A stretch of 64,000 nucleotides of DNA. Source: Paraspadella gotoi (lineage: Eukaryota > Animalia > Chaetognatha). The position numbers and the translations under genes were made by a program. The DNA lies in the NCBI GenBank assembly GCA_051294375.1, contig CM119264.1:17124278-17188277 (forward strand). Reading direction: 5' to 3'. The notes beneath the pieces are model-generated. The model did no database searches, was not told the DNA's origin, and was given only the letters and a program-made list of their open reading frames with translations. Below are positions 1 to 13,287 of the stretch, piece by piece (positions within the stretch are counted from its first letter, which is position 1; each line of letters opens with the position of its first letter).

Positions 1-580
1 GTATGTTGGAACAAAGCGTCGAAAAACAAAATAAGGAACGGGAACATCGATCTAAAAAGACTGTTTCGGTTGAAATTCTGGAAATGCAATTAAAGTCGTC
101 TATTTCCCTGTCTCAGTAATATTTTTTAAAGCGATTTATCTATGTGTCAATTGTCAATTGTTTTAAACAAACTTAATACGAAAATATTGCGCAAAGAGAC
201 TTTTTTCTTCAAAGTAAAAAAATGTTTTTCTTACGTAGCAGAGAATTTTGGAAGGCGCGTATTCATAAGATTACTTGATTTTGGAGAAAAAAAAAAAACT
301 TAAGCAGCATAAACTAGCGAATTCGGCTTAACGAGACGTAGATGGCGCAAATATATCATTTGGCGCTGAGAGCGAGAACTTAAATGTCGGGAGCTGGGAG
401 GAGAAAAAGCAAATATTGGGAGGGTGAAGGGAAAAGAGAGTGTGAGAAAAAACCCCGAATCACCATGGAGATAAGTTTTGCGTCGCATTTTAAAGGGAAC
501 CCGCGGGACTCATCAATGAGTCCAGGCTAAGAGAGATGGAGAACCAGTCAGAGGAGGGAGAGGGAGCTGGAGAAAGTGAA

Positions 581-722
<142 letters not shown>

Positions 723-777
723 GCTGCCGACTAAGAAGAATTTCCCTTTTCCTCCTGATCCGGGGACGCGCGAAAGC

Positions 778-791
778 GTTACCATGGCAAC
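778..791. promoter_or_regulatory. RFX X-box motif
   Basis: GTTACCATGGCAAC matches the GTTNCCATGGNAAC consensus; a second imperfect copy GTTACCACGACAAC at 833-846; both sit in a CpG-rich island between two AG tracts. Confidence 0.5.
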
Positions 792-1060
792 CTCATCCCG
801 TGCGCGCGCTCGAACGACGAAGAAGCGTCAGCGTTACCACGACAACGAGAACGTTCGTCGCACGTTGTTGCGCACGCGAAGAACTCGTGCGCGCACGCTT
901 CTCTCTCTCTCTCTCGTTGGCGCGCGAAAGAAAATATGGAGTCTTCCTCGCCTCCTCGACTTCTCCCTTCTTCTCAAGACTCATTTGCGCATCAGTGCCG
1001 CATTTGTGAAAAAAAAGGGAGGCGAGTGAGAGTGAGAGGAGAGTGAGAGAGAGAGAGAAG

Positions 1061-1130
<70 letters not shown>

Positions 1131-2973
1131 AGAAAGAGAGACGACGAGAGAGAGAGAAAGAGAGAGAGAGAGACGCGTTTGGGTTCAAACCGAGGTTGTG
1201 AAACTTTTTTCTCTCATTTGTTTGTGGGAGGAAAGAATTACGTTTTTTGAGAGGGAAGACTATAGGGGGGAATGAGATAGTAACTGTAGCAATAATATCG
1301 TTGCGAAACTGCTGTGGATTATGTTTTTTATTTGTTGAGGCCTTGACCTCGATCATGAAAACTTTGTAAACAATATTGACTAAACATATAAAGCACAAAC
1401 CCATCGCCGTCTCCCTCAGATTGACTATAATCTTTCATTTTTAAAATCCACAAACATTTTCACTCAAAACCGGGAACTTGATTAAAGGTGAAGTGTTCAC
1501 TCTTCAGTGGATCAGCGTCGTGGACTAAATATAACAATTTTTTTTAGGCCACGGTAGAATCGCCTGTGAAGCCCCGGGAACTGGGCAGCTCACCAAGAAC
1601 CTTGGAGGGGCAACGGACTCTTCAACGGACCCTTCATCCTTGCTTCCATCAATTGCCACAGGCGCGGTCGTCAAGCTTTGTCAAGAAAAGAGAGTAAATC
1701 CTGTGGCGCGTTGGTTGTTGACTTTCGTTGAGGAAACTTGTCAACCTGTCTTAAAAACACGCGTTTTTCAAAAAACAAAACAACAACAAAACAAAAACAC
1801 AATAACAAAAACAAAAAACAACAACTAAAAAAACGAAGTAAATCTAACGCGGCCTCGCTTGATTATTTATTCCCCGACGTCTCGAGTTCAACGAGGTCAA
1901 ATTTTGTATCCAACGGGGAAATCAAAGTTTCGTCCGACGGCCGCCTATTTCGACCTCACGTGGTTTTGCTTTCGCCTTTCCCGTTAATTCTTATAATGGT
2001 CTCTTAGTTTAAAATTTAAAATAAGAGGCCCGTAGCGGCATTACATAAAAACTTTTAGTTTTGAGGCATCCAATAGTTAACATCCCATGCATACGTATAC
2101 CTTTTATGCAAAAGTTTTAAATAAAAATTTAAAAAAAAAAGACGGCAACAAACACCTACATTTTTTGGTTCATTTTCCTAAAAGTCTCTAAATTTGGATA
2201 GTAAAAAGACAAATTCCGGCCGTGATACAGTTTGTCAAGATAGGAAAGGCAACTCCGGTCTTCAATTAGTTTCTTAATCAGTCGGCCGTTCCGTTTTTTA
2301 TTGCACGTTGCTCAGGCATGAAGCTGGCGGTGGAGGAAGAAAATGAAGGAATGAAAGAATGAAAAGAAAAAGAGGAGAAAGGGAGGCAAAAAGAGCATCT
2401 CTACCATGACGGAGTTAAAAAGCAAAGATCCAAAAAGGCAGAGTATAAAGGCAAACCGAAACTTTTTTTTTAGTTTAGTTTAGTTACCGGCAAATCGGTA
2501 AAAAGTAGTTAATATGTAATCCATTGTGTTGTTTTTCTTTTCTTTTCATCATTTGTAACGTACAAACGACTTGAGTCGTTGCCATTGCTGATGAAAACAA
2601 TCAATGAAATAATTTTTTTCGTTTTTTTAAATAAATTTAACAGTGACCCTCTTCAAAAATTCAAAAACAAACACACAATATAATAATGCGGCATGAAAAA
2701 GTGCTCGTCTCTCAATTTTGATAGCATTAACATTCTTATAATTCCTTAAAAGTATTTTGCAACTTCAACATGAAAAACAATATTTACTTAGATTTATGAA
2801 ATTAGTCTTTTAAAAATAGTATTCTTAATTCTGCTCTTCCAGCCAGATTCCACTTTTAAAAAAAAATCCCAATGCAACCACCTCGCCTTTTTAACCCTTC
2901 CCATAACCCGCGAACTACCAACACGGTTCCTGTTTTTATCAAGAAAAACCTGTGAATTTTTCACAATTCTCAG

Positions 2974-3017
<44 letters not shown>

Positions 3018-5062
3018 ATCTCTCTCTCTCTCTCTATCTCTCTCTCCTCTCTCACACGTGGCGCTATCTCGATTTTTCCATTCTCGCCGATGAATCATTG
3101 AAGGCGTTGGCGCCGACGCTGCCGGCGGCGGCGGCGGCGGCAGCGGCGACCGACTGCGGCCGGGATGGAGAAGGCGGGATTTTTTTCGGCATCGGTAAAA
3201 CGATGCCAAGTTGGGTAGTGTCGCCGGGGAGCAGTTGACGCTTCCTTTTCTACTGACGGCGCAATCATTTTAACAATATGATTTGGCAGTTATTAAAGAG
3301 TCGAAGTTCAGATCATTCTCGTATATTATCGAACATATTGTTTGATAGAGGAGTAATAATAAACTTTTTGTCTTTGAAACGCATCAAATGAAATGGTAAA
3401 AAAAAAATGTTATTTTTGGAAAAAAGTAGGAGTGTATGGAGGAAGAACACCCAGGGAAGCCTCCAGCCTTCCCTTACCCACGCTTCGGGCGCAGAGATAA
3501 GGGCGTCGCCAGAACAATTACGCCCCTACGCTCCATCGCAACCATTTTTCATGCAATCAGGATATGCGCCTCGTAACTCAACCTAATGTCCCTTAATTTG
3601 CACCTCGTTTTCTCCGCCGACGCTGCCTGGGGATGGGGAGAGGCAACCGGTGTTTGCGGCGTAGAAACCTCGTTTGTTTTTGCCAATTTTTAAAACTTAA
3701 TAAATTTTGAAGGAAAAATTTATACCCTTGGACCGGCACCAGTGTTACCATAGCGATGACAACAAGTAAATACAAGCACTATAAATATGAGAAAAATTTC
3801 AAGTGTAAATTATCTTGAAATAAGTATATTAAAATATAACTTTAAAGAGAAATATTCTAAGTATTTTTTGGGCATTGAAAAATAGTATCGGACAGATTAA
3901 AAGGATAAGTTAGGGATTATTGCCTAACCGACCATCCAACCCAGCCGTAGGCCACATATATTTGAAATCGATAATTATGGGATAAATGATGGAATTTTAT
4001 GTGTCTGAAGATTTGATTTGTCGCCGACCCCAGAAACGAGCCGATGTCGAGGACCGCGACGATATTGACGACGATGACGATGGCGAACATCAGAAGAAAT
4101 TTAAAAATTAAAAATAGCAAAAAAGAGCAAGAGCAGAAAAGACGAAAGATTGAAAGAAAATTAAAACAAAAAACAAAAAAAAAAAAGAAAAACGCGAACT
4201 TTTCACTTTCGGTGCTTGGGGTCGGGTAAGCTCCTTTCTTTTTTTTTCCGGGGCTTTTCACATTTTAACTACCCAGCCCCGCTCCTCCTCCCCCCCCCAA
4301 AAAAAAAAACTGGTTCCACTCAACGCGGCCGCGTGCCCTTCCGGTCTCGCCCCTCGCCCTCGACCACAAATTTGTGGATCACGTGACAGGCCGTTAAGAC
4401 GGGAATGATTGGACCCTGTCAAAGAAGATTACTCGACTTGTCTCTTATCTTCCAACGGAGGCGGGAGAGGAAGCGCAGAGACGGGAGATGGAAAGTGATT
4501 TTGAGAAAAGAGAAAAGAGAATTCCAATTTGTAGAATGCGAGCGGGATTTGAGATGGAGCAAAAATGTACTTAGCATCTTAGGGGAACGTGGGGTTTTAA
4601 AAATTCGGCGGCTGTTTCATTTTTAAAGAAGAGCGTGACATATCGGTTTACACTTTTTTTCCTGACCGCGATGGATGAGAAAGGTCCGAAAGCTTAGTTT
4701 CAACTGGTTAACCTAAGAATTAAAATAGAAAAAAATTACTCAATTAACAGAATTAAATCAAGTTTTTTTTGACTCAATATTGAGTCACTTAATATTGAGT
4801 CACAAACAATTTATATCGGAGAAAATACTGGTAATTATCATAGATCAATTAAACCGGTCTACGATTAAATAAGCTGCAGATTAATTTAGCAGATTATTTA
4901 GCATTACTTAGCACTTAGTACTTACATCCAAAGCGTTAATCAGAAAAAGCAACTAGATTGAGAAAATTATATTGCCTTAGTCATTGCCGTCCGGACGGAG
5001 AAACCGACGAATGATTCCTTTAGTGTTTGCCGAAAGATTATAGGCGGAGATATATATATCCC

Positions 5063-8000
5063 CTACGCGAGAGAGTATTCAACCGTGACGCATTTTGTCT
5101 TCAGATATTCGTTCAACGCCTCTTCCCCCAGATCCTTGCCAAATCCCGACTGCTTGAAGCCGCCAAAAGGTGCCGCCACGTCCGTCTTGTTGTAGGTGTT
5201 GACGAAGCAGGTGCCAGCGTCGATTCGCTGCGCAACTTGCATTGCTTTGTCCAAGTCGCGAGTGAACACCCCCGACGCCAGTCCTGAGTAGAAAAAAAAA
5301 ATCATTTTTGATGACTACCCCTTTGGAAAATGAATGTTCCGCCTCAAACAATTTACCGAATTCGTTATCGTTGGCGCGCCTGATGACCCCATCCACATCG
5401 CCGTAGGGAAACTTCGAGATGATCATTATCGGCCCGAAGCTTTCCTCCTTGGCTATCCACATGTCGTCGGCCACATCGGTCAACATCGTCGGCTCGAAGA
5501 ACAGTCCCTTATTTAAAGCTCTTTTCCCTCCGTAGACGAGCTTAGCACCTTCCGCGACTCCCCTCTCCACGTAAGCCACCAGCTTGTCAAAGTGCGCTCG
5601 ATGATTCTGCGGGCCGTGAGCGGTGGATCGATCCAACGGGTCGCCGATCTTCATCTTCTTAACCTCCTCGATGACGCGGGCGACAAACATGTCGTGGATC
5701 GTGTCCTCGACGAAGAGACGGCCGGCGGCGATGCAGTTCTCGCCCTTGTTGAAGAACACGGCGCCCATGGCCATGCGGACGGCCTTTTCCAGGTCGCAAT
5801 CTGAGAAGATGATGAGGGGAGACTTGCCTCCCAGTTCCAGGGAGACCTTCTTGACGTTGGAGACGGCCGCAGAGTGCATGATCTGCTTGCCTACCTCGGT
5901 GGAGCCGGTAAAGCCGACCTTTCGGACGTCAGGATGGTCGCAGAGGGCTTGACCAACCTTGAATATGGATCTTGATTTAGATGGTGGATAGAAGATAAAA
6001 ATTTCGTAATAAATTTAAATCAAAATGCCCCTTTTTTTTGGGGGGGGGGAAATGTGAGATATGAAGTTTTCTTTGTTTTCACAACGAATTATTTTTTTAA
6101 AAAATTTCGTTGTGATAACATAGAAAACTTTTCATCTCATATTCAAAAGCTATAATCATTAGTGATTGAATGATTGATTGATTGTTAGTTTAGAAAAAAA
6201 AATTTCCTAAAATTTGAAGAAAGTGAAATTTTACCTGTGAGCCGGATCCTGGTAGAATGTTGACAACGCCGGGAGGGAATCCGGCTTTCACGGTTAACTC
6301 GGCAAACTTGAGCGCCGTGAGTGGCGTCACTTGCGCCGGTTTAAGGACAACGGTATTACCGGCCGCCAAACAGGCCGCCGATTTCCAAGCCAACATCATT
6401 AAGGGATAGTTCCTGACAGTTGACATAAGTATGACAGGGTAAGCTTTAGATACAAGAGCGTATTCAATAGAATTACCAGGGAATAACAATGCCACAAACT
6501 CCGATGGGCTCTCTTTTGGTAAAGGTAAGATTCATATTTGGCTTAGCGTTGTTAATAGGAATCGTTTTTCCTTGAATCTTGTCGCACCAACCGGCGAAAT
6601 ATCTATAAATCGTAAGCATTGACAAAATAGAGAAATCGACTCATCGGTCATTTACAATATGCGGTTTAATGTACGTTTATTGAATAATGTCTTCCAACCT
6701 GAAAGTGTCGATCGACATCCCAATATGAGTCTTCAGCGCCAGCGTGTAAACCGCACCAGAGTCAATGGCCTCGATCGTTGCCAACTCCTCTTGGTGCTGC
6801 TCCATCAAATCCGCCAATCGGTTGAGCAGGGCACCTCTGTCGCGAGCATTCATCTCCCGCCACTTGGCGCCCATTTCGAAGGCTCTCTTTGCGGCGGCGA
6901 CGGCAATGTCAACGTCCTCTTTACCAGCGAAGGCGACTTCGCAGATTTCCGTTTCGTCAGCCGGATTTATGGTCGGTTTTGTCTTGCCCGATACGGCATC
7001 CACGAATCTGCCCAAATAAATTGACAATGTAATCTTCCTACGAAACTACTTTGAAAAAAAATTTAATACAAATTTCGGTAAAATAAATTTTTTTCATATA
7101 GTAGGTGAGTTTAAATTTTTTTACACTTTATTTTTGGGATTAAAAAAAAAAAACAAAACGTAATTTCAGCTTTAATACATTAATTTTCTCTGTACATTTT
7201 TCTATGTTAAAAATATCAAATGAAACAAACTTATTGTCAATGAAGATTTGATGTGGAAACTCGAGATCCATGTTGTTGACGTGCATCTTGACAGCGTCGT
7301 ACTCAAAGGCAGCCTCTCCGCCGCCGCGGGATACGTGAACGACTCGATTAGTAAAGGCGGAGAATGTGGTGGACATGTAAACATCCTCGTTGGTCAGAGC
7401 GATGCCGGGTGAAGCGGATTTGACTTCCTCGACAAGTCGAGTAACGTCCATCGATCCGGCACCTGTTGATAAAGGTAGAGAAAAATATGGAAAGAATTGA
7501 ATGCTATCGCGGATCTAATTTTGAAACTCGCCCGAAGCAAAAAAGTCGGTGTCTCCGTCGACTTCCTTCATCAAGATGCCCTTCCAAATCGTCCGGACGA
7601 TCTCCTTCAACGAAGTCTCTTCCTCCGTCAACTCCAAGGCCACCTCTGCCTCCTCCTCCTTTCCAAAAGCGCTCGCCTTCATCATCTTCCCCCCCACGCC
7701 CAACTGTCCGACGTTGACGGCGTTCCCGTCGGCGGCGAAGAGCAACAGTCCGTCAGCGTGAACGAGGCCGGGCTCCGGAGCGCCGGGAACGTTGACCGGA
7801 TCCCCCGACGGCCTCTTCTTGCGCCAGAGGGACGAGTTGTACAAAGTGACGGCGTCGTCATCACCGATGGCGGTCCAAGCGCCAGGAACCTTGTCGTTGC
7901 CTCTAATGAAATCGTGCAATCGTCGAGCGGTGGTCGTCTTTTCCCAGGGGATCTTGGCCAGTTCTTTTTTCTTCCATATGGGGTCGTACGAGGCCCCTTC

Positions 8001-11000
8001 TTCGGGCTGTTCGATGCAAGGAGCTTTGCCGGACGCGATCAGGCGAACAGCATCCGCCATCGACTTGACGCCTGGCGGGGAAATTTTAAAAATAAATGGT
8101 AGGAAAAAAAAAACAACTTCGTCTTATAAAAAACACGAGGAACAACTTATATACGTATGTACTGTACCTTCTGGAAACATGAATCGATTGTAAAGTGAAT
8201 CGACGTTGTCGTCCGGTTGAACATCCGTCGTCTTTTGGAGAAGAATGGGTCCAGTATCCAATCCATCATCCGCCCAAAATATCGTAAAGCCAGCTTTTTC
8301 ATCACCCTAAAAAATTAAAGCAATTTGCTAGAAAAAATACTAACATTGTATGTCAACGGGGTGACATGTGTGATGCCCGGGGACCTGCATTGACCACAAA
8401 ATATCGCTGGCGTGTTTATGCCGACACTATCACACTTTAACAATAAGCGGGACGGTGAGGGGATTGAACCCGGAACTCACGGTTGGAGAACGCGTATTTA
8501 GCTGTCAAAGCCAATGGGACGAGCTGAATTTCACCAAGCTATACGGGAGGCTAATTTAGGATTCGCCACAATTGCTCACTTAAATTGTACAATGGTTTTT
8601 TTTTTCGTCTATTTAACTTTTACTTCCTACTAAGTGGATTTGTCTTTTACTCTCTCTAGTCAATACTATGAGCATTTTCCCTTTACTTTCTACAGAAATT
8701 TGCTTTCTGTCTGCACCCACTGGATCTTCACTTGCACCTGCTCTTCAACAAAATATCAATTTTTTGCCTGTTTTAGTCTTAATAAACCAGATGGCTCAAC
8801 AAACAAAAGAGCATTTTGAAAAACAAAATAGCAATCAATTTTAATCTTTTTTTCTAAAACAAAAGAACAGTCCCATTAAATTTTCTTTGTGTTTTAGCCT
8901 GTTCTACTTGAGGACTCTAAAAAGAAAGCTTTTGGTAAGACATTCAAAATAAAATTAATCTGCACCTACTAGATCCTCACCTTTAACAAAATAGCGATTG
9001 TTTTTTAAAATCTTTATTATCTTAATCTTTAAAAAAATATTTTTTTCTTATTCCTTTTTTATTCTATTTCTTATTCTATGTTTGGATCAAAGCATTTTAA
9101 TCATATATCGAAACAAAAATAGTATTGATTTGATTTATAAGATATTTTGCAAGTACCAAAATGCTTAGTACCGCAGTAACAGTTCAGTTTAAACCCTTGA
9201 AAGCGCCATCCAAGTGGGGGCCGCAAATTTTTGGGGTTGGAAAGGGAAAAAAGGGAAAAGTGGGGAAGAAAAAAAAAGTGGAAGAGGGAAGAGTGGGAGA
9301 AGGAAGGAAGAGAGGGAAAAGAAGAAGGAAAGGAGAAGAGGAGGAGAAGAAAGGAAAGAGATGAGAGAAAAGGAAAGAAGAAGAAAAAGAAGAGAAGAGA
9401 AGAAGAGGAAAAGAAAGAGAAAGAAGAAGAAGAAGGAAAAGAGAAAGAGGAGAAAAAAAGGAGAGGAGGAAAGAAGAGGAAAACCCGCCGTTTGGGTTTT
9501 TCCCAAAAACCGAGGGTTGGTGGAAACTTTTTTTTTTTTTGGTTCCTCGATTTTATAGCCCCTGAAGTTTTTTGTAAACGTGATTATTAAATTAGCTTGC
9601 CTACCAGTACCGAGACCCAAGATTAGAGAAATTACAACGTTAGTTTTTCTTTATACCTTTTTGAAGCCATAGGAATGTGAAGGATATTATACTCACCCAT
9701 GTGGCATGTGTGTGGAGATATCCGAGGGAAAAAAAAACCAAACCAAAAAAAGTAATTTTCTTCTTTTTTTCGCATTTCATTTAGACGCCGAACGGAACTT
9801 GAAAACCGGACGGGGAAAATGGCAGCGGTCCCTAAATTAAAAGTGGCCGTTAGGACAGTCAAAGTTCGGACAGGAAGTATACAAAGCGTTGAGAAAGGAC
9901 GGTCACGACGTGGTTGGTGTGTTTACGATTCCGGACAAGTCTGGCAGGCCGGATCCTCTAGCGGCGGAGGCGGAGAAGGACGGAACAAAAGTTTTCAAGT
10001 TCCCCCGCTGGAGACAAAAGGACGTGCCTGTGTTAGAGGATGTGTTCGAGGCGTACAAATCTTGCGGAGCCGAGTTGAACGTGTTACCGTTTTGCTCGCA
10101 GGTGAGATGGGTTATATGTTGTAAGATATTTCTTTTTCTTAATTTTTCTGTATTGGTTTCTGTTCTCTTTCTTAATTAAAACATACATAATGAAAAATGG
10201 TATTCTTTCCGTCCTCATGTCCCTCACAGTTCATCCAATGCCAGTAATTGAATTTCCGAGGTTCAAGTCGATCGTTTACCACCCCTCTCTCCTTCCAAAG
10301 CATCGTGGGGCGTCGGCCATTAATTGGACATTAATGGAGGTAAATTCAATTTTAGCTATAATTTTGTGATTACAAACCAGTGGCTGCGCCAATACATGTA
10401 AATACTTTCAAGGGTTTAAACTGAACTGTTACTGCGGTACTAAGCATTTTGGTACTTGCAAAATATCTTATAAATCAAATCAATACTATTTTTGTTTCGA
10501 TATATGATTAAAATGCTTTGATCCAAACAATAGAATAAGAAATAGAATAAAAAAGGAATAAGAAAAAAATATTTTTTTAAAGATTAAGATAATAAAGATT
10601 TTAAAAAACAATCGCTATTTTTGTTAAAGGTGAGATCTAGTAGGTGCAGATTAATTTATTTTGAATGTCTTCTACCAAAGTTTCTTTTTAGAGTCCTCAA
10701 GTAGAACAGGCTAAAACACAAAGAAAATTTAATGGGACTGTTCTTTTGTTTTAGAAAAAAAGATAAAATGTGATTGCTATTTGTTTTTCAAAATGCTCTT
10801 TGTTTGTTGAGCCATTGGTTTATTAAGACTAAAACAGGCAAAAAATTGATATTTTGTGAAGAGCAGGTGCAAGTGAAGATCCAAGTGGGTGGGCGAGCGA
10901 AGAAATGCCAAATTTCTGATTAGATATAGATAAATGGCGAAAATGATACTCATCGAGAAAATCGAATAGAGAGAAAGTAAATAAGACAGAATTCACTACT

Positions 11001-12086
11001 GAGAGTAGTGTAAGTAAATGAGTTTATATAATAAAGACGATATAAAATATGCAACACGTATATGTACAATTTACCATGAGAATATGTGGGCGACACTTAG
11101 CATAATATACCAGCGCAGTAAACAGTTCAGTTTCATACCACTCTGAAGTATAGGGATTGGTGTTAAAACATTATTTCAGCTCGCGCCCATTGCGCGTCTT
11201 GCACAAGCTAGAGAGTATCGCGTTGTCACACTCACAACGATAGAGATTCCGTGTTCAAATTATCGCCTACACACTGAATCGCTTATTTGTTATAACAGTC
11301 TCGTAGATTATAGTCGCAGTATAACATCCAATTAACGCTAACGCCACAAGAGGGACTATTTGTGGACAATGGGCAGGAGCGGCCGGCGGCGCAGTCAACA
11401 ACGATGTTCACCGACTGTGCACGACTCGCGTGTGACATTACAATTACTGGCATTGGGATGAACTGTGAGNNNNNNNNNNNNNNNNNNNNNNNNNAAAGTG
11501 ATTTACATGTATTGGCGCAGCCACTGGTTTGTAATCACAAAATTATAGCTAAAATTGAATTTACCTCCATTAATGTCCAATTAATGGCCGACGCCCCACG
11601 ATGCTTTGGAAGGAGAGAGGGGGTGGTAAACGATCGACTTGAACCTCGGAAATTCAATTACTGGCATTGGGATGAACTGTGAGGGACATGAGGACGGAAA
11701 GAATACCATTTTTCATTATGTATGTTTTAATTAAGAAAGAGAACAGAAACCAATACAGAAAAATTAAGAAAAAGAAATATCTTACAACATATAACCCATC
11801 TCACCTGCGAGCAAAACGGTAACACGTTCAACTCGGCTCCGCAGATTTGTACGCCTCGAACACATCCTCTAACACAGGCACGTCCTTTTGTCTCCAGCGG
11901 GGAACTTGAAAACTTTTGTTCCGTCCTTCTCCGCCTCCGCCGCTAGAGGATCGGCCTGCCAGACTTGTCCGGAATCGTAAACACACCAACCACGTCGTGA
12001 CCGTCCTTTCTCAACGCTTTGTATACTTCCTGTCCGAACTTTGACTGTCCGATAACGGCCACTTTTAATTTAGGGACCGCTGCCAT
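5063..12086 (-). CDS. ALDH1L1: 10-formyltetrahydrofolate dehydrogenase (ALDH1L1/ALDH1L2 family), multi-exon, interrupted by an assembly artefact at 9204-11494
   Basis: Exons 12086-11805, 11676-11565, 8306-8168, 8071-7532, 7462-7231, 7007-6699, 6602-6477, 6412-6235, 5957-5357, 5283-5063. Formyltransferase domain ([41 protein letters not shown]), carrier domain ([20 protein letters not shown]), ALDH domain ([36 protein letters not shown]). The exon 1/2 copies here carry single-base indels; a clean exon 1 is at 14837-15121. No obvious mitochondrial presequence. Confidence 0.95.
8349..8570 (-). mobile_element. Solo LTR (family 2) containing a tRNA-like Pol III cassette, in ALDH1L1 intron 2
   Basis: 222 bp flanked by perfect 4-bp direct repeat ATTG (8345-8348, 8571-8574). 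Plus-strand ends TA...CA. Minus strand has CCATTGG...CTCCAACC...CCGGGTTCAATCCC (B-box). No poly-A or simple-repeat tail. Confidence 0.65.
9723..11469 (+). other. Inverted, progressively error-rich copy of ALDH1L1 exon 1, exon 2 and intron 2 (probable gap-filling artefact)
   Basis: Reverse complement of ~12180-11496 joined seamlessly to ~9203-8345. Frameshifted exon copies at 9819-10101 and 10230-10339. Identity decays with many insertions towards the N gap. Confidence 0.85.
11470..11494. other. Assembly gap (25 N)
   Basis: Run of 25 N; a gap of the same length is at 36189-36213. Confidence 0.99.
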
Positions 12087-13287
12087 TTTCCCCGTCCGGT
12101 TTTCAATTCCGTTCGGCGTCTAAATGAAATGCGAAAAAAGAAGAAAATTACTTTTTTTGGTTTGGTTTTTTTTTTCCTCGACAAATTGGCCAGAGTTAAA
12201 AATAGGGTTAAGACTAAAGTTGACACAACGTTCGACGGAGAAGTTATAATCACGTTCCAAACTCCTTAAATCGCGCTCGATTATCATCGTCACAATTCGC
12301 AGCGAACAAGCCGGATCTTTTTTCGGAAAAACCAGTTTAAACTCAAATTCTTAAATTAGTAGCAGAGGAGTAGAGAAAGAGAGGAAAACGTCTAGTGACG
12401 TATCGAGGGCAAAGTTGAAAAAAAAATAGAACGAGGTCCAAAGGCTTAACAGAGTGAAGATTTAGTGTGTTTCAAGGCGAAGACGAATACGATACTGCTG
12501 ACGATACGATAGTGCTGTGAGTGACAGTCAAGAATAATGTGATTCCATATCTTCGGGCCTCAAGGTTTTTTCTTTTGTTGAAAAACTCGGGGAATTAATC
12601 ATTTGAAAGAGATAAGCTTTATTTATTAAATTCAATCACCCCTTTTAACTTTTTTTTGCGAACAACTTATTTTGAATAATCGTTTATGAACTTTAGAGCT
12701 TAATTAGTAATTACTAATGGTCGCACCTTTGAGAAAGTTTGTAATTATTGTTTAAAAGTATCAGTGTTTACCGTTTAAAATAAGGCAGAATACACTACAA
12801 CGACCACTCAATTACAAGGCTCTAATCCCGAATCTTGGGTATTAAAGCCTTACCTTTAACAAAGGTAAAACTGGTGTCTCCTCGTCCATGGTGGTTGAGA
12901 ACGATCGACAAAATTTATCACCCCAGTACGATTACGAAAAATTGCAAGATTACTTGATTTACTATATTAGACTTTAAAATTTAAAGATAATGTAAACATT
13001 TATTATATTTCTCTATATATTAGATTTAATTATATTCTTTTATAATGAATAAGGAGTAGGATGTTAGTGTTGTCTTTTGGAAATAGAGGGAGCATCTATA
13101 CAATACACGGTTAAAAGTGACTTTCTGCCCTAGTTTTTCTAATTAGATATTAGACATCATTCTTGTTAAGAAGTCATTTATTGAAAATTTTAAAATATCT
13201 AAAAGTCTGAACAGAAAGGGGTGGAGAGGATAATTTGTTACGGGATTAAGGTTATTTATGATTCGTTATTGTTGAGGGTTAAGACTA

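Noticed and set aside
1549-1706. Possible exon after TTTTTTTTAG
   Set aside because: Several frames are open on both strands; no recognisable protein or partner exons.
4770-4803. 18-bp palindrome TGACTCAATATTGAGTCA with AP-1-like sites
   Set aside because: Short local duplication downstream of the ALDH1L1 stop; no supporting context.
9189-9620. K/R/E-rich and F/L/S-rich ORFs
   Set aside because: Purine-rich low-complexity filler inside the chimeric gap-fill block.
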